Shown here one piece after another: positions 20,988 to 30,770 of a DNA stretch of 64,000 bases. This DNA comes from an uncultured Methanosarcinales archaeon (lineage in GTDB: Archaea; Nanobdellota; Nanobdellia; Woesearchaeales; JACJVV01): NCBI GenBank assembly GCA_964581515.1, contig CAZOOV010000007.1:12698-76697 (forward strand), in the 5' to 3' direction. The position numbers and the translations under genes are program-made. The notes beneath the pieces were generated by a model. The model saw only the letters and a program-made list of their open reading frames with translations. It was not told the DNA's origin and did no database searches. Position 1 is the first letter of the stretch. Each line of letters opens with the position of its first letter.

Positions 20988-22634
20988 TCATTCAAACACC
21001 AATTTTACCATCTCAATGAACATGGCGAGAGCTGTAGCGTGGCAAAGATTGTTCTTTTTTGGAGATTTTTCTGGAATACCACCCATTATGCCTTTGGTTA
21101 AAGCTTCATTGCAACATGCTTTTACAATTGCTTCTATATGCTTTGTATATTTAACTTTATTTATCTTGTAAAGACAGATTGCGCTCATACAATTGATGTA
21201 GAAATAAGATTCTATATTGTCTTTATTTGAGCTGATTTTTATGAGTCCATCTTTGTCCCATAATGATTTTAATGCGTTATCAAAAGCATATTCCCATTCT
21301 TTTTTTGAAAGAAGTTTCGGATAAATATAATATGCCATAAATACACTAGGTGTAATCTCTTTTTCTTGCTTTAAATCAGTAGTTAGTGAGTCAATAAGCA
21401 TACTTTTTTTGAAGAAATTCTTAACTATACCTTTTCTTATTCTTGTTTCTTCAACATAATATTTCTTGTCTCCTGATAAATTTAGCAATACATTGAGCAC
21501 TCTCAGATGCAATACTTGCATCTCTATACAAAATCCTTTTCTTTCTTGTCCATTCCAGGTGTCTTTTACATCAGAAAATATCAATCCATCTTTATCATGA
21601 TACCTGTTGATGAAGAAAAGCAATCTTTCAAAGAATGATGAGATATTCTTTAATTCTTTTGTCGTATATATTTTTGAGAATCTTCTAGTTTTTTCTAATG
21701 CTTCAATGAACTCTAAAAACCTATATGCCAGCCAACCTGTACTATCTGCACTTTTCATCCCATTCTCCGGGAAAGTTGCAGGGAATCTGCCACAATATGA
21801 CATATGACTGAAATATTTGGAGAAGAGATGTTTTACTTTCTTGAATTCTTTTCTCTCAATTAGATATCTGATGCTTATTAGCTCATCCCTGGTCTTTATT
21901 ATTGGAGGGATAGGATACCCTTTGTATATGCCCTTATCATTTATTAATCTATTAAGACAGCTATTTGCATGTTTGTATGCAACATTCACTTCTTCTGGAG
22001 CAAATACAGTCTCAACTTTTGTTGAATGTCTTGGATCTTTCTTTTGTATTTGGTGATAATTCATATATAATCTTGTTGCGTTTTTTATTGCCTTAAACTT
22101 GGAATCAGACATCGAGAGAGTAAAAAAAGATGTAAAAAGTTTTGCTGCTGTGTAAACATATCTTTTAGATTCTTCACCATGGGAGTATTCCACTTTTGTG
22201 AATTCTTCAATCTCATCATAATTTGTGTTCTTTGATTTTATTGCAACATAATATTTGTAGAGTTCATTATTTCTTTCTCCTTTTTTTATGAATTTTATAA
22301 TGATGCATCCTGCCTGTTTATATATCTCATATTTTCTTGCCCATTCACCATGGTCCTTTCTTTTTCTTACATCAAACCTAAGGGTCACATCAATACCTTG
22401 TGAATAACTATAAGCAATAGCATTAGTATCTTTTTGCATATATATGGATTCTAGAAGTTCTTTTCTTTGATTAAGTATACCTACATTTGCATCATTTGTT
22501 GCCTTTAGTTTTGATTTTAAATCTATTCTTTCTATACATTTTATTAATTCATCATTGATTGAAAAGAATAGACCACAATTGCGTGAGAATGGCTTTTCTG
22601 TCCAGAAGTAATATGAACCTAAATCATTGCTCAA
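20988..22634 (-). CDS. Divergent amylo-alpha-1,6-glucosidase / glycogen debranching enzyme-like protein; start codon uncertain
   Basis: LSNDLGSY N-terminal motif, RDELISI, SADSTGWL, DTW, IEMQVL, PSVFMAYY. The frame extends about 15 codons upstream of the TTG. Confidence 0.65.
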   Translation of the reverse strand: MSNDLGSYYFWTEKPFSRNCGLFFSINDELIKCIERIDLKSKLKATNDANVGILNQRKELLESIYMQKDTNAIAYSYSQGIDVTLRFDVRKRKDHGEWARKYEIYKQAGCIIIKFIKKGERNNELYKYYVAIKSKNTNYDEIEEFTKVEYSHGEESKRYVYTAAKLFTSFFTLSMSDSKFKAIKNATRLYMNYHQIQKKDPRHSTKVETVFAPEEVNVAYKHANSCLNRLINDKGIYKGYPIPPIIKTRDELISIRYLIERKEFKKVKHLFSKYFSHMSYCGRFPATFPENGMKSADSTGWLAYRFLEFIEALEKTRRFSKIYTTKELKNISSFFERLLFFINRYHDKDGLIFSDVKDTWNGQERKGFCIEMQVLHLRVLNVLLNLSGDKKYYVEETRIRKGIVKNFFKKSMLIDSLTTDLKQEKEITPSVFMAYYIYPKLLSKKEWEYAFDNALKSLWDKDGLIKISSNKDNIESYFYINCMSAICLYKINKVKYTKHIEAIVKACCNEALTKGIMGGIPEKSPKKNNLCHATALAMFIEMVKLVFE

Positions 22635-22757
22635 TACATAACTAACTGGAACTCTTTTAGCTTTGATGCTTACACCCCTTTATATGGTGTTTTTCCTTTT
22701 CATTCTATATAAATGTTTTGTGTAAAGGGTAAAAAGAAGGGAATTAAGAGATAGTAA

Positions 22758-23000
22758 TTATGCTATAGTTTTCTTGATGTCTTTAGAATTGCATTTAGGA
22801 CATTTATCGAAATGATCTACATTCTCATTTGCATCCATTAATTCACTTAAGTAAAGGTTGCCGTAAGGATTACCACAGATTCCATCATCACAGATAAGAT
22901 CACCCATATTTGCTTTCTCTTTGAGCATCTTTTCTTGATTCTGGCTGTATGTCCATCTATTTTTACATTTATTACATACACACCTTATTTCCTTGTCCAT
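22758..23000 (-). CDS. Small zinc-ribbon protein
   Basis: CNKC...W and CPKCNS. Confidence 0.7.
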   Translation of the reverse strand: MDKEIRCVCNKCKNRWTYSQNQEKMLKEKANMGDLICDDGICGNPYGNLYLSELMDANENVDHFDKCPKCNSKDIKKTIA

Positions 23001-23103
23001 AGACGGAGGGTAAGTGAACAGACTATATAAAAATTGTTACAAATAGAGTGGATAAAAGGGATAGAAGAAATAATCGGGATTACACTTGCATTGATTGCTG
23101 TAA

Positions 23104-23775
23104 TCATACTTTCTGTTTAGTTGCTTTTACTACAAACATATTTATGTCATTGACTTTTGATTTTATTGGCTTTTCTGTCAATTGTGTGAATGAATAACCA
23201 TTCTCTGTGAATCTTTTTTCACAACCATCTAATGTAACCCAGTCTCCACAGTAATATCTTGAACCTTGTATCAATACAATATTCTCACTTATATTGCATA
23301 ATGCGTCAATTGCGCTTACATCTGCATCATAATGGGTTGTATTAAGTGCGTATCTTCCTACAATAACATCATGTTGTTGTGTATATTCTAATACATCAGC
23401 ACGCATAAAATTCCCAGGATCTATGCCAACAAGTCCTGCTCTTACTTTTGCTTTTTCAATCCCAAAAGGATTTATATCAACACCCGCATAATCACTGTCA
23501 GTATTTGCTGCAATATAGCATCCTAATAATCCTGATTGGCAATATGGTTCAAATATATCATTAAAATCTTTAACTTCGTTTAATACAATATCAAATAACG
23601 CTTTGTTCATTTCAAAATCTACACCATCTAAGAATTCATCAAGACCTGTTTTGAAATAAAATTTGTAAAAGCGACTATCAGGAGTTAATGCACTTACTCT
23701 CCTATGTACTTCTGTTGCATGCTCTGTTCTTTTAGGAGATATACCTATTGTTCTGAAATATTCATCTATATTCAT
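23104..23775 (-). CDS. Class I SAM-dependent methyltransferase-like protein
   Basis: IFEPYCQSGLLG, GVDIN, ADV, DVIV. Confidence 0.65.
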   Translation of the reverse strand: MNIDEYFRTIGISPKRTEHATEVHRRVSALTPDSRFYKFYFKTGLDEFLDGVDFEMNKALFDIVLNEVKDFNDIFEPYCQSGLLGCYIAANTDSDYAGVDINPFGIEKAKVRAGLVGIDPGNFMRADVLEYTQQHDVIVGRYALNTTHYDADVSAIDALCNISENIVLIQGSRYYCGDWVTLDGCEKRFTENGYSFTQLTEKPIKSKVNDINMFVVKATKQKV

Positions 23776-23776
23776 T

Positions 23777-25372
23777 TTAGTCTGATCTTGTCTGTTGGTG
23801 TTTTTCTTTTAAAGTTTTATATTTAGCGATAACTTCTCTGCATAAATCATTGTAAATTCTTCTGCTGGGTTGTTCTTGTTTGCTGATAAAAGGTTTCATG
23901 GATCTGGCAGCATCATAAAGAACTTGGAATTGTACTCTGCAATAATCTTCATCGTGGATATCCATATATGCTCTCATGCCTGTATCGAGGTTGAATGATG
24001 CATCAAACATCTTGTTGGAATCCATGCATGAGAAGACTGCATTCAGTGATTGCATATATTCTTGCTTTGCTTCTTTTTCTTTATTTATATCTCTTTTATG
24101 TCCTTTCAAATCATATCCTGATACTTCAGCTCTTGTAAGAAGTATGTCTAAGTAAGTATTATCGCCTTCACGCTCTACTCCTTTCTTTTTTTGTTCTTCA
24201 AGTGATGTGTTAATATATGAAAGTAATGTATCTAATTGTCCTACTTTGTATGTTGCATCATCATCTCTTCTCATATCTCTAAGGTGGCTGTATGCATCAT
24301 CTATGCTGTCGAGTGCATCTGAAGCAAGTGATAGATTTATGCTGTCAGGATGATCCACTTCAGGTATATCAATAATATGGGATAAGACTAATGCTTTTGT
24401 GTAGTGCATATCATATGCATTTTCTTTACTAGGATTTCTTTGATGATTGCTTGCTCTTTTTAGATAATCTACTCCTTTCAAAGCTATTTGTGCTCTCTTT
24501 GTAGCTGTGACTGTATCTGTATTTGTAGATATCTCCCGTTCTAATATTTTTGCACATCTTAAATAAGTCTCAGAGAGTTTTGCTCCAAGTCTTGTCTGGA
24601 CTGTTGTTTTTTGTGTCTTATCTAATGGTTCTATTAGAGCTTTATACTCTAATGCTATATCATCCATAGTATCAGAATCTTTTATGTAAACAAAGTCTCC
24701 TGCATTCAAATGCACATCTTCCTCTAAGAAGAATGATAATTTTGCTTCAATCCTGGAAATATGATCTTCTAATGAAGGTTCTAATTGAGAAATAGTTTGA
24801 GTAGTCTGAGTAGCTTGAGCTGTCTGAGTAATTTTAGCTGTTTGATTAGTAAGTGTTGTGTGGATTGATTGAACTGTGTCTGATTTCTCGGGTTCTAATG
24901 CAAGTTTATCCTCAATTCCTGCAGGGATCGGTTCTGATCCATCAAGTTGCGCAACCAGATATTTATCATCGAGATTACCTGGATTTGATCTGTTAGGACT
25001 TAACTGCGCATAACCCATCATTTTTGCGCCAGTTGCAGCAAGTAATAATGAAGCAGTTGTAATACCAATTAAACTGTTTCTTAACATATTTCTTTTTGAT
25101 CTTGGCAAACTTGGCATTGTGAAATTACCATAAGGATTGTTTTTACGAGCTCTTCTTAATGTTGCTTTTGCAGCTCTTCTTTTGCCTTTTGCTAATTGAA
25201 CTCTAGCAAGTTTAGAATAAGCAAGAGGATTTCTATGGTTAGTGGCAATTGCTGAATTGAAATTGCTTATAGCACCATCTATATTGCCTTCATCAAATGC
25301 TTTTTGTCCTTCTTCAACCAATGATGCATACTTTTGATCAAAAGGAAGGTTATTACTTGTTAATGGTAACAT
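23777..25372 (-). CDS. TPR-containing membrane-anchored protein
   Basis: N-terminal TPR pair, hydrophobic segment near aa 100-120, T/Q-rich linker. Confidence 0.7.
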   Translation of the reverse strand: MLPLTSNNLPFDQKYASLVEEGQKAFDEGNIDGAISNFNSAIATNHRNPLAYSKLARVQLAKGKRRAAKATLRRARKNNPYGNFTMPSLPRSKRNMLRNSLIGITTASLLLAATGAKMMGYAQLSPNRSNPGNLDDKYLVAQLDGSEPIPAGIEDKLALEPEKSDTVQSIHTTLTNQTAKITQTAQATQTTQTISQLEPSLEDHISRIEAKLSFFLEEDVHLNAGDFVYIKDSDTMDDIALEYKALIEPLDKTQKTTVQTRLGAKLSETYLRCAKILEREISTNTDTVTATKRAQIALKGVDYLKRASNHQRNPSKENAYDMHYTKALVLSHIIDIPEVDHPDSINLSLASDALDSIDDAYSHLRDMRRDDDATYKVGQLDTLLSYINTSLEEQKKKGVEREGDNTYLDILLTRAEVSGYDLKGHKRDINKEKEAKQEYMQSLNAVFSCMDSNKMFDASFNLDTGMRAYMDIHDEDYCRVQFQVLYDAARSMKPFISKQEQPSRRIYNDLCREVIAKYKTLKEKHQQTRSD

Positions 25373-25468
25373 ATCTCTTAGAAAGATAGTTTGCCATTTA
25401 TAAAGCTTATGATGGTTTTATAGGCCTAGAATATTGTGTATTCTACATACACAATCTTTAAATAAGCC

Positions 25469-26149
25469 GTGAATATCACGATTACTATGGGTGGAGAAGA
25501 AAAATTAGTCATAAATGAATCTGATTTGAGGGGTGTGCCTAGACTTAAAGTAAGGAAGCCTCAACAGCCAGAAAAATCAACATTATCTAGTTCTGCACAA
25601 CAGAATAAAGTGCCTTTGAAAAAACCAATTGTTTTAAGCAGACCTGATGGTTCAAAACCACTTGCAGCTAAACCTGCACAACCATTAGAAGAGAAGGTTG
25701 CCGAGGTTACTCTTCCTGGAATACCTGTGGGTTCTGATGCTTATACTGAAGGTATGAAATATGTAAGGGATTGTCTTGATTATGTTACTCAATCTATGGA
25801 ACTTAGGGAAAAAGGAAATACCACTAAAGCTGACGGCCGATATAAGATTGCAGAAGAGAAATCTCAGAAAGCAGATGCATTACTTCGAAAAGCAGAATTT
25901 GATAAACCTAAAGATTATCATCCTATGAATGAATTAGGGGTACTTTATTTTAAGATGGGTAAATTCACTGATGCAAAAGAAGCTCTTGATAGGGCTTATG
26001 CAAAAGAGAAAGGCAGTACTGCTCTTCTGAATAATTTAGGGATGGTCTGTTTACAGTTAGATGATAAGGCTGGTGCAAAGAAATATTTTGAGAAGTCATA
26101 TGAAATCAATGCTACGCCACAGTTGAAGAAGATCTTAGAAAGATTATGA
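25469..26149 (+). CDS. TPR protein
   Basis: NELGVLYFKMGKFTDAKEAL...NNLGMVC...AKKYFEKS; GTG start. Confidence 0.8.
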   Translation: MNITITMGGEEKLVINESDLRGVPRLKVRKPQQPEKSTLSSSAQQNKVPLKKPIVLSRPDGSKPLAAKPAQPLEEKVAEVTLPGIPVGSDAYTEGMKYVRDCLDYVTQSMELREKGNTTKADGRYKIAEEKSQKADALLRKAEFDKPKDYHPMNELGVLYFKMGKFTDAKEALDRAYAKEKGSTALLNNLGMVCLQLDDKAGAKKYFEKSYEINATPQLKKILERL

Positions 26150-26198
26150 TTCTTTTTAATGTTAATTATTTTGTTATTTTATGATTTTATTTTATTGA

Positions 26199-26729
26199 TT
26201 ATTGTTGCAATCTATCTTTTAATCTTTCATTATCTTTTCTTAAGTCCATCCTTTCAAGGACAAGATTAATCATGTTCTGTCTAAGTCCATAAAAATGTTC
26301 TCTTAATGAATCATATTTTTCCCATAATTCATGATCTATATTACCTTGCGCATATATCTCTTCTGGTGTCTCATCAAGTTCTAATTCATCAATTAAGTCT
26401 CCTGATGAAATCTGTCTTATTACAAGTTTTACAAGACCTTCATTCTCTGATTCCACTAATGCAAGTTTCTTTTTTAACTCATCCAGTTGACCGAGATATT
26501 TAGTGCTTAATACATCTGATCTAAGATACATTGGTTCTGGATCATCTGAACTGTCGGGATTGTCAAGATTATATGGATTAATATCTCTATCGTCGAGAAT
26601 TGCTTTCGTTTCTTCAATAGTCCTGTATCCAAAAATAACTCTTGCTTGTTCAAGACTGCAGGTCTTTATATTAACAGGAGAATTATGTTCATTACTCTTT
26701 GTTTCTTTTTCTGCCATTCTGTATCTCAT
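26199..26729 (-). CDS. Hypothetical protein, possible N-terminal HTH plus coiled coil
   Basis: SLEQARVIFG...PMYLRSDV resembles excisionase-type HTH; heptad-rich C-terminus. Confidence 0.5.
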   Translation of the reverse strand: MRYRMAEKETKSNEHNSPVNIKTCSLEQARVIFGYRTIEETKAILDDRDINPYNLDNPDSSDDPEPMYLRSDVLSTKYLGQLDELKKKLALVESENEGLVKLVIRQISSGDLIDELELDETPEEIYAQGNIDHELWEKYDSLREHFYGLRQNMINLVLERMDLRKDNERLKDRLQQ

Positions 26730-26838
26730 AGTTTTAATTTGTTTTATAAATTTATCTTTTGTTTAGGATAATTGTTAAGTTGACTTTCTAATCGAAACAT
26801 CCATTAAATATTTAAATGAGATATATTTTGCACCTATC

Positions 26839-27162
26839 ATGGCAACATACAAGCAAAAATGTTACAAATGTAAGAAGAATTACGTGATAGTGGGCTATCG
26901 AAACAGATTCCCTGTTTGTTATGAATGCCAAAAGGAAGGTCTTAGTAAGGAAATTAAAGACCCAAAGATGAAAAAGTTTTTTAACATTCCAGAAGAGCTT
27001 TACAAAGATAGTTCATTCTTAAGAAGCATCAAGTTAAATTATCTTGAATATGAAAATCTGAGCGAAAGGCAGATTGAAGCGTTTAAGGAGACTGTCAAGA
27101 AGCTTAAGGCAAAGAAAAAAGAGCCAAAAGAAATTCCAATGCCTGACGAAACTGCTTATTGA
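26839..27162 (+). CDS. Zinc-finger hypothetical protein
   Basis: CYKC...CYEC; LSERQIEAFK. Confidence 0.7.
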   Translation: MATYKQKCYKCKKNYVIVGYRNRFPVCYECQKEGLSKEIKDPKMKKFFNIPEELYKDSSFLRSIKLNYLEYENLSERQIEAFKETVKKLKAKKKEPKEIPMPDETAY

Positions 27163-27252
27163 TTTCTATTAATCTTGTTATATTTAGATGTTTAGGATAT
27201 TAAATCTTATCTAGAGATAAATAATATTGCTGAAAGATAAATATTAATGATA

Positions 27253-27804
27253 TTACTCTGCTGGTTTTAACATGCGTTTTGAGGGGTTTTCTAGAACTCT
27301 TTGCATAAAATCAAGATATCCGAAATATATTGTGTGATTTGTGTTTAGAATAAATAAAGGACTTTTGATATCATATCTTATCTCGCCTTTTTCCTTATCT
27401 AAGAATGATAAGAATTCTGACTTGCAAGCTGATGAATATGTTGTTGTCCGCATTGACATATATGGTATTTTTATAGGATCAACACCTGGTGCACCTATTA
27501 TGATTGGAAGGTCAGTCTCCCTTACATGGGGTGCAATTGGACCATGGTCTCTTATATCATCTGTTTGAGAGCAGGTCATGTAATGCTTTCTTTCTTTTTC
27601 ACTAAGAACATATGTGCAATCATCATTGACAGCTATTCTTGCAACAAGAAGCTCTGGTCTTTCTGATTCTACTTGGATCTCAAGTTCAGAACATAATCTT
27701 ACATGTTTTCCTTTTGCAGAATTCAGTTGTGCCCATGCAACTGCCCTATCAAATTCACCATCTCTTCTTCTTTGTTCTTTTCTTGCTTTATATCTTTCGA
27801 ACAT
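27253..27804 (-). CDS. Hypothetical protein
   Basis: Long ORF, closely spaced and co-oriented with its upstream neighbour. Confidence 0.6.
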   Translation of the reverse strand: MFERYKARKEQRRRDGEFDRAVAWAQLNSAKGKHVRLCSELEIQVESERPELLVARIAVNDDCTYVLSEKERKHYMTCSQTDDIRDHGPIAPHVRETDLPIIIGAPGVDPIKIPYMSMRTTTYSSACKSEFLSFLDKEKGEIRYDIKSPLFILNTNHTIYFGYLDFMQRVLENPSKRMLKPAE

Positions 27805-27831
27805 AATAATCACTCGTTAATCATCTGTTAA

Positions 27832-28413
27832 TTATTCATCTAAAATAGGAGCTGGAGCTTTTTGATTGTCTTCTTGATATAATGAGGAAGTAGGTACTTC
27901 ATAGGGCTCATCCATGATTCTGCCAGAAATCTTGTCAATTGAGAATACTTTCGTTTCTTTGTCATATTCACCAAATACTCGCAGATCCATCAGGCCCCTA
28001 ACTTTTGATTGCTCCAATAGCAATGGGGTTTTTGCCTCATCATCACTGTATAAATCTCTTGACATGAAGAAATCAAAAAGCATATCAATACGAGATTTGT
28101 CTGACATCGTCCCCGCATAGCTATGTGTTGTAAGCATATATTCATTTATCTGTACCTTGACTGAAGCTGGTTTTTCTGAATCAAATGCCTGTTGGAGAGT
28201 CATAAGTTCATAATCATATTCATTAACAACAAGATTATCAGGTTCATCTTCTTCTAAAAGTTTGTCGACTTTTGTTTCAAGAGCAGAAAGTCTTGAAGAA
28301 ATATCTACATCTTGTTTTGACGCTTTACCTTTCTTGCGACCATATATGTAAGCACAGCCTACAAATACACCAGTAATAAGCCCAGATACAAAATTTACCA
28401 TTAAGTCACTCAT
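27832..28413 (-). CDS. Hypothetical membrane-anchored protein
   Basis: N-terminal TM segment followed by a short coiled coil. Confidence 0.65.
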   Translation of the reverse strand: MSDLMVNFVSGLITGVFVGCAYIYGRKKGKASKQDVDISSRLSALETKVDKLLEEDEPDNLVVNEYDYELMTLQQAFDSEKPASVKVQINEYMLTTHSYAGTMSDKSRIDMLFDFFMSRDLYSDDEAKTPLLLEQSKVRGLMDLRVFGEYDKETKVFSIDKISGRIMDEPYEVPTSSLYQEDNQKAPAPILDE

Positions 28414-28492
28414 ATTAATATGTAGTTGAATATGGCTTTTTAAATGTTGGTGTTCAGAATTAGTTGTTTTATTACTGTGGGCAATTGTTTTA

Positions 28493-29491
28493 CTATTGAA
28501 GCTTTTTGAGGAGTTCTTGATGTATGAATTCAGGATAGCTTCTGTTTACATGCTCTTGGAATATCATCAAGAGCTCAAAAGAATTAAGCTTTTCTCCAAG
28601 CTTGTTCCTTAGTTCAAGAAGAGTTTTATGAAAATCTTTTGCATCTTCTGCTACAATCTCAAGAAGAATATTCCATTTCCCTATATTCTTGTCAGCGAAC
28701 CATACTTTCTTATTCATTGAGAATAATGTTGTTAAAGTGCTTTCAAATTTCTTATCTATTGGTTTTAATGATAAAAGAAGAGTATACCACGAATAATTTA
28801 ACTTGAATATATCGACCTGACATGAATAACCTTTGATTATACCTTTTGTTTCTAGTCTTTTTATCCTATATTTTATCGCTTCAGGCGTTAATTTTATCTT
28901 TTTTGATAGTTCAATCAATGAGATCCTACAATCCACACTTATCTCTTTTAATATTTCAAGGTCTTTATCTGTTGTTGTGACATTGTTGACATCAATATTG
29001 TCTGTTATCTTTTGATTCTTTTGATTTGCATAAAATAATTCAAAAGGATTTACTGATTTTAGTTTATTTGTTGACATTGTTACTTCATATGACTTTAAGT
29101 TGCTACCAAGTTTTTCTGTAATCTCATTGAAGATTAAATTGAACTGATCTCTATCTTTTGCATTTATCCTGATTGCAAGATCATATTTCCCAAAACAAGT
29201 AGATAACCATCTTATTGCAGAATTAGATCTGAGGAATGCGATTATTTCTTTTTGATTTGTCTCGTTAAAATTTTGCATGAGCAAGAATACATTATAAGGC
29301 CTGTATCCAAATCTTTCTACATCAATTACTGTAGTGAACTTTCTTATTATGCCTTGCTTGACAAGACGTTTAATCCTATATTCTACAACTTCTCTTGATA
29401 ATGCTACTTTTTTTGCTATTGTTGTTGATGGGAGTCTTCCATTCTTGCATAGTTCAGATAATATTTTCTTATCTTTAATATCTAGCTTCAT
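28493..29491 (-). CDS. Lrp/AsnC family regulator with two tandem HTH-RAM units
   Basis: LDIKDKKILSEL...IAKKV.LSREVVEYRIKRL occurs again as KDLEILKEI...LSKKI.LTPEAIKYRIKRL. Confidence 0.92.
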   Translation of the reverse strand: MKLDIKDKKILSELCKNGRLPSTTIAKKVALSREVVEYRIKRLVKQGIIRKFTTVIDVERFGYRPYNVFLLMQNFNETNQKEIIAFLRSNSAIRWLSTCFGKYDLAIRINAKDRDQFNLIFNEITEKLGSNLKSYEVTMSTNKLKSVNPFELFYANQKNQKITDNIDVNNVTTTDKDLEILKEISVDCRISLIELSKKIKLTPEAIKYRIKRLETKGIIKGYSCQVDIFKLNYSWYTLLLSLKPIDKKFESTLTTLFSMNKKVWFADKNIGKWNILLEIVAEDAKDFHKTLLELRNKLGEKLNSFELLMIFQEHVNRSYPEFIHQELLKKLQ

Positions 29492-29492
29492 A

Positions 29493-29563
29493 TTTACATA
29501 AAAGAGATATTTACTATAAATATTTTTCGTTTATGTAAAAGTATCTTAAAGATATTTTATATA
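29493..29563. promoter_or_regulatory. Divergent promoter region with imperfect inverted repeat
   Basis: TTTACATAAA (29493) pairs with TTTATGTAAA (29530), with inner arms ATATTTA/TAAATAT. TATA-like TTTTATATA near 29555. Confidence 0.55.
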
Positions 29564-29576
29564 ACTCTAAGTCAAT

Positions 29577-30770
29577 ATGATATGTACAATGAAACCCTCA
29601 AAAAATGATTTAATTGAGAGAAGCGAAAGAGATGGAAGAAATAAAATAGTTGGAAGAGATGAAAGGAATGAAATTGATGAAATAAATGAAAGGGATGAAA
29701 AGAAACTTATCGCTGGTTGGTCTTTGACAAATATGTGCAATCTTAAATGCATGCACTGCTATAATGACTCAGGAAAAAGAAAAGACGATGAGCTGAGCAC
29801 AGAGGAAGCATTGCAAGTTGTTGATAAGCTTGCAGAAGCAAATGTTACTGCTGTTAATTTTGGTGGGGGCGAATGCGCTCTAAGGCCTGATTTTCTTGAT
29901 ATATGCAGAGCATTAGTTGAGAAAGGCATTGATATATCTTACACTACAAATGGAACTACTTTAGACAGAATTGAGAATGATTTAGATTTATTTCATGATG
30001 TAGGAGTAAGTATTGATTTTGCAGATTCTGGAAAGCATGATCTTTTCAGAGGGTGTGAAGGTACTTATGAGCAGGCAATTGAAGCTATTGATAAACTTGT
30101 TGCAAATGGAGTGAGCAATGAAATCGTAACATGCTTGACAAAACTAAATTCTAATGAAGAGGAGCTTTCTGGATTATATGATATTGTAAAAGAGCATAAC
30201 GTAGACTCATGGAGGCTTAATAGATATAGAGCAACAGGAAGGGCATTATATAATGATTCTTTTCTTGGTATGAACTCAAATCAATTAAAGCGTGCTTTTG
30301 ATTTTCTTGATTCGTTAAGAGATGATAAGACTTCAACTATCTCAGAGCCTTTGTTCAGAGCAATATATGGTGGTTCATATCAGATTGGAGGAGACCCCTC
30401 AGGACTTTATTCATTCAGGATACAGACCAATGGAGAGGTGACACCATCTGTCTTTTTGTCAAAGTCAGGGGGAAATATACGTGATAAATCTATTGATGAG
30501 ATAATGCAATCTGATGTCTTCAAAGACATAAGAGAGAGAGAAGCAGTTGGAAAATGTGTTGGATGTAATGAATACTACCATTGCCAAGGAGGAGACGCAG
30601 GTATCTCGCTGTTGATGAATGGACATTATAATGGGCCTGATCCTATGTGCTTCAAAGACACATCACTGCCTAAAAATAAGGATGTTATTAGACGAGTAAG
30701 TGAAGATCCAAATGTACATGAGCTATACTTATGTACACTCTATATTGCAGGAGGCAATCAACATGGCTGA
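29577..30770 (+). CDS. Radical SAM/SPASM protein 1; may start at ATG 29589
   Basis: CNLKCMHC, NFGGGE, TTNG, C-terminal CVGC...CQGG...DPMC. Confidence 0.9.
   Translation: MICTMKPSKNDLIERSERDGRNKIVGRDERNEIDEINERDEKKLIAGWSLTNMCNLKCMHCYNDSGKRKDDELSTEEALQVVDKLAEANVTAVNFGGGECALRPDFLDICRALVEKGIDISYTTNGTTLDRIENDLDLFHDVGVSIDFADSGKHDLFRGCEGTYEQAIEAIDKLVANGVSNEIVTCLTKLNSNEEELSGLYDIVKEHNVDSWRLNRYRATGRALYNDSFLGMNSNQLKRAFDFLDSLRDDKTSTISEPLFRAIYGGSYQIGGDPSGLYSFRIQTNGEVTPSVFLSKSGGNIRDKSIDEIMQSDVFKDIREREAVGKCVGCNEYYHCQGGDAGISLLMNGHYNGPDPMCFKDTSLPKNKDVIRRVSEDPNVHELYLCTLYIAGGNQHG

Noticed and set aside
26199..28413. Provirus or integrated element suggested by the HTH-like ORF and orphan genes
   Set aside because: No integrase, capsid, terminase, att repeats or tRNA target was seen.
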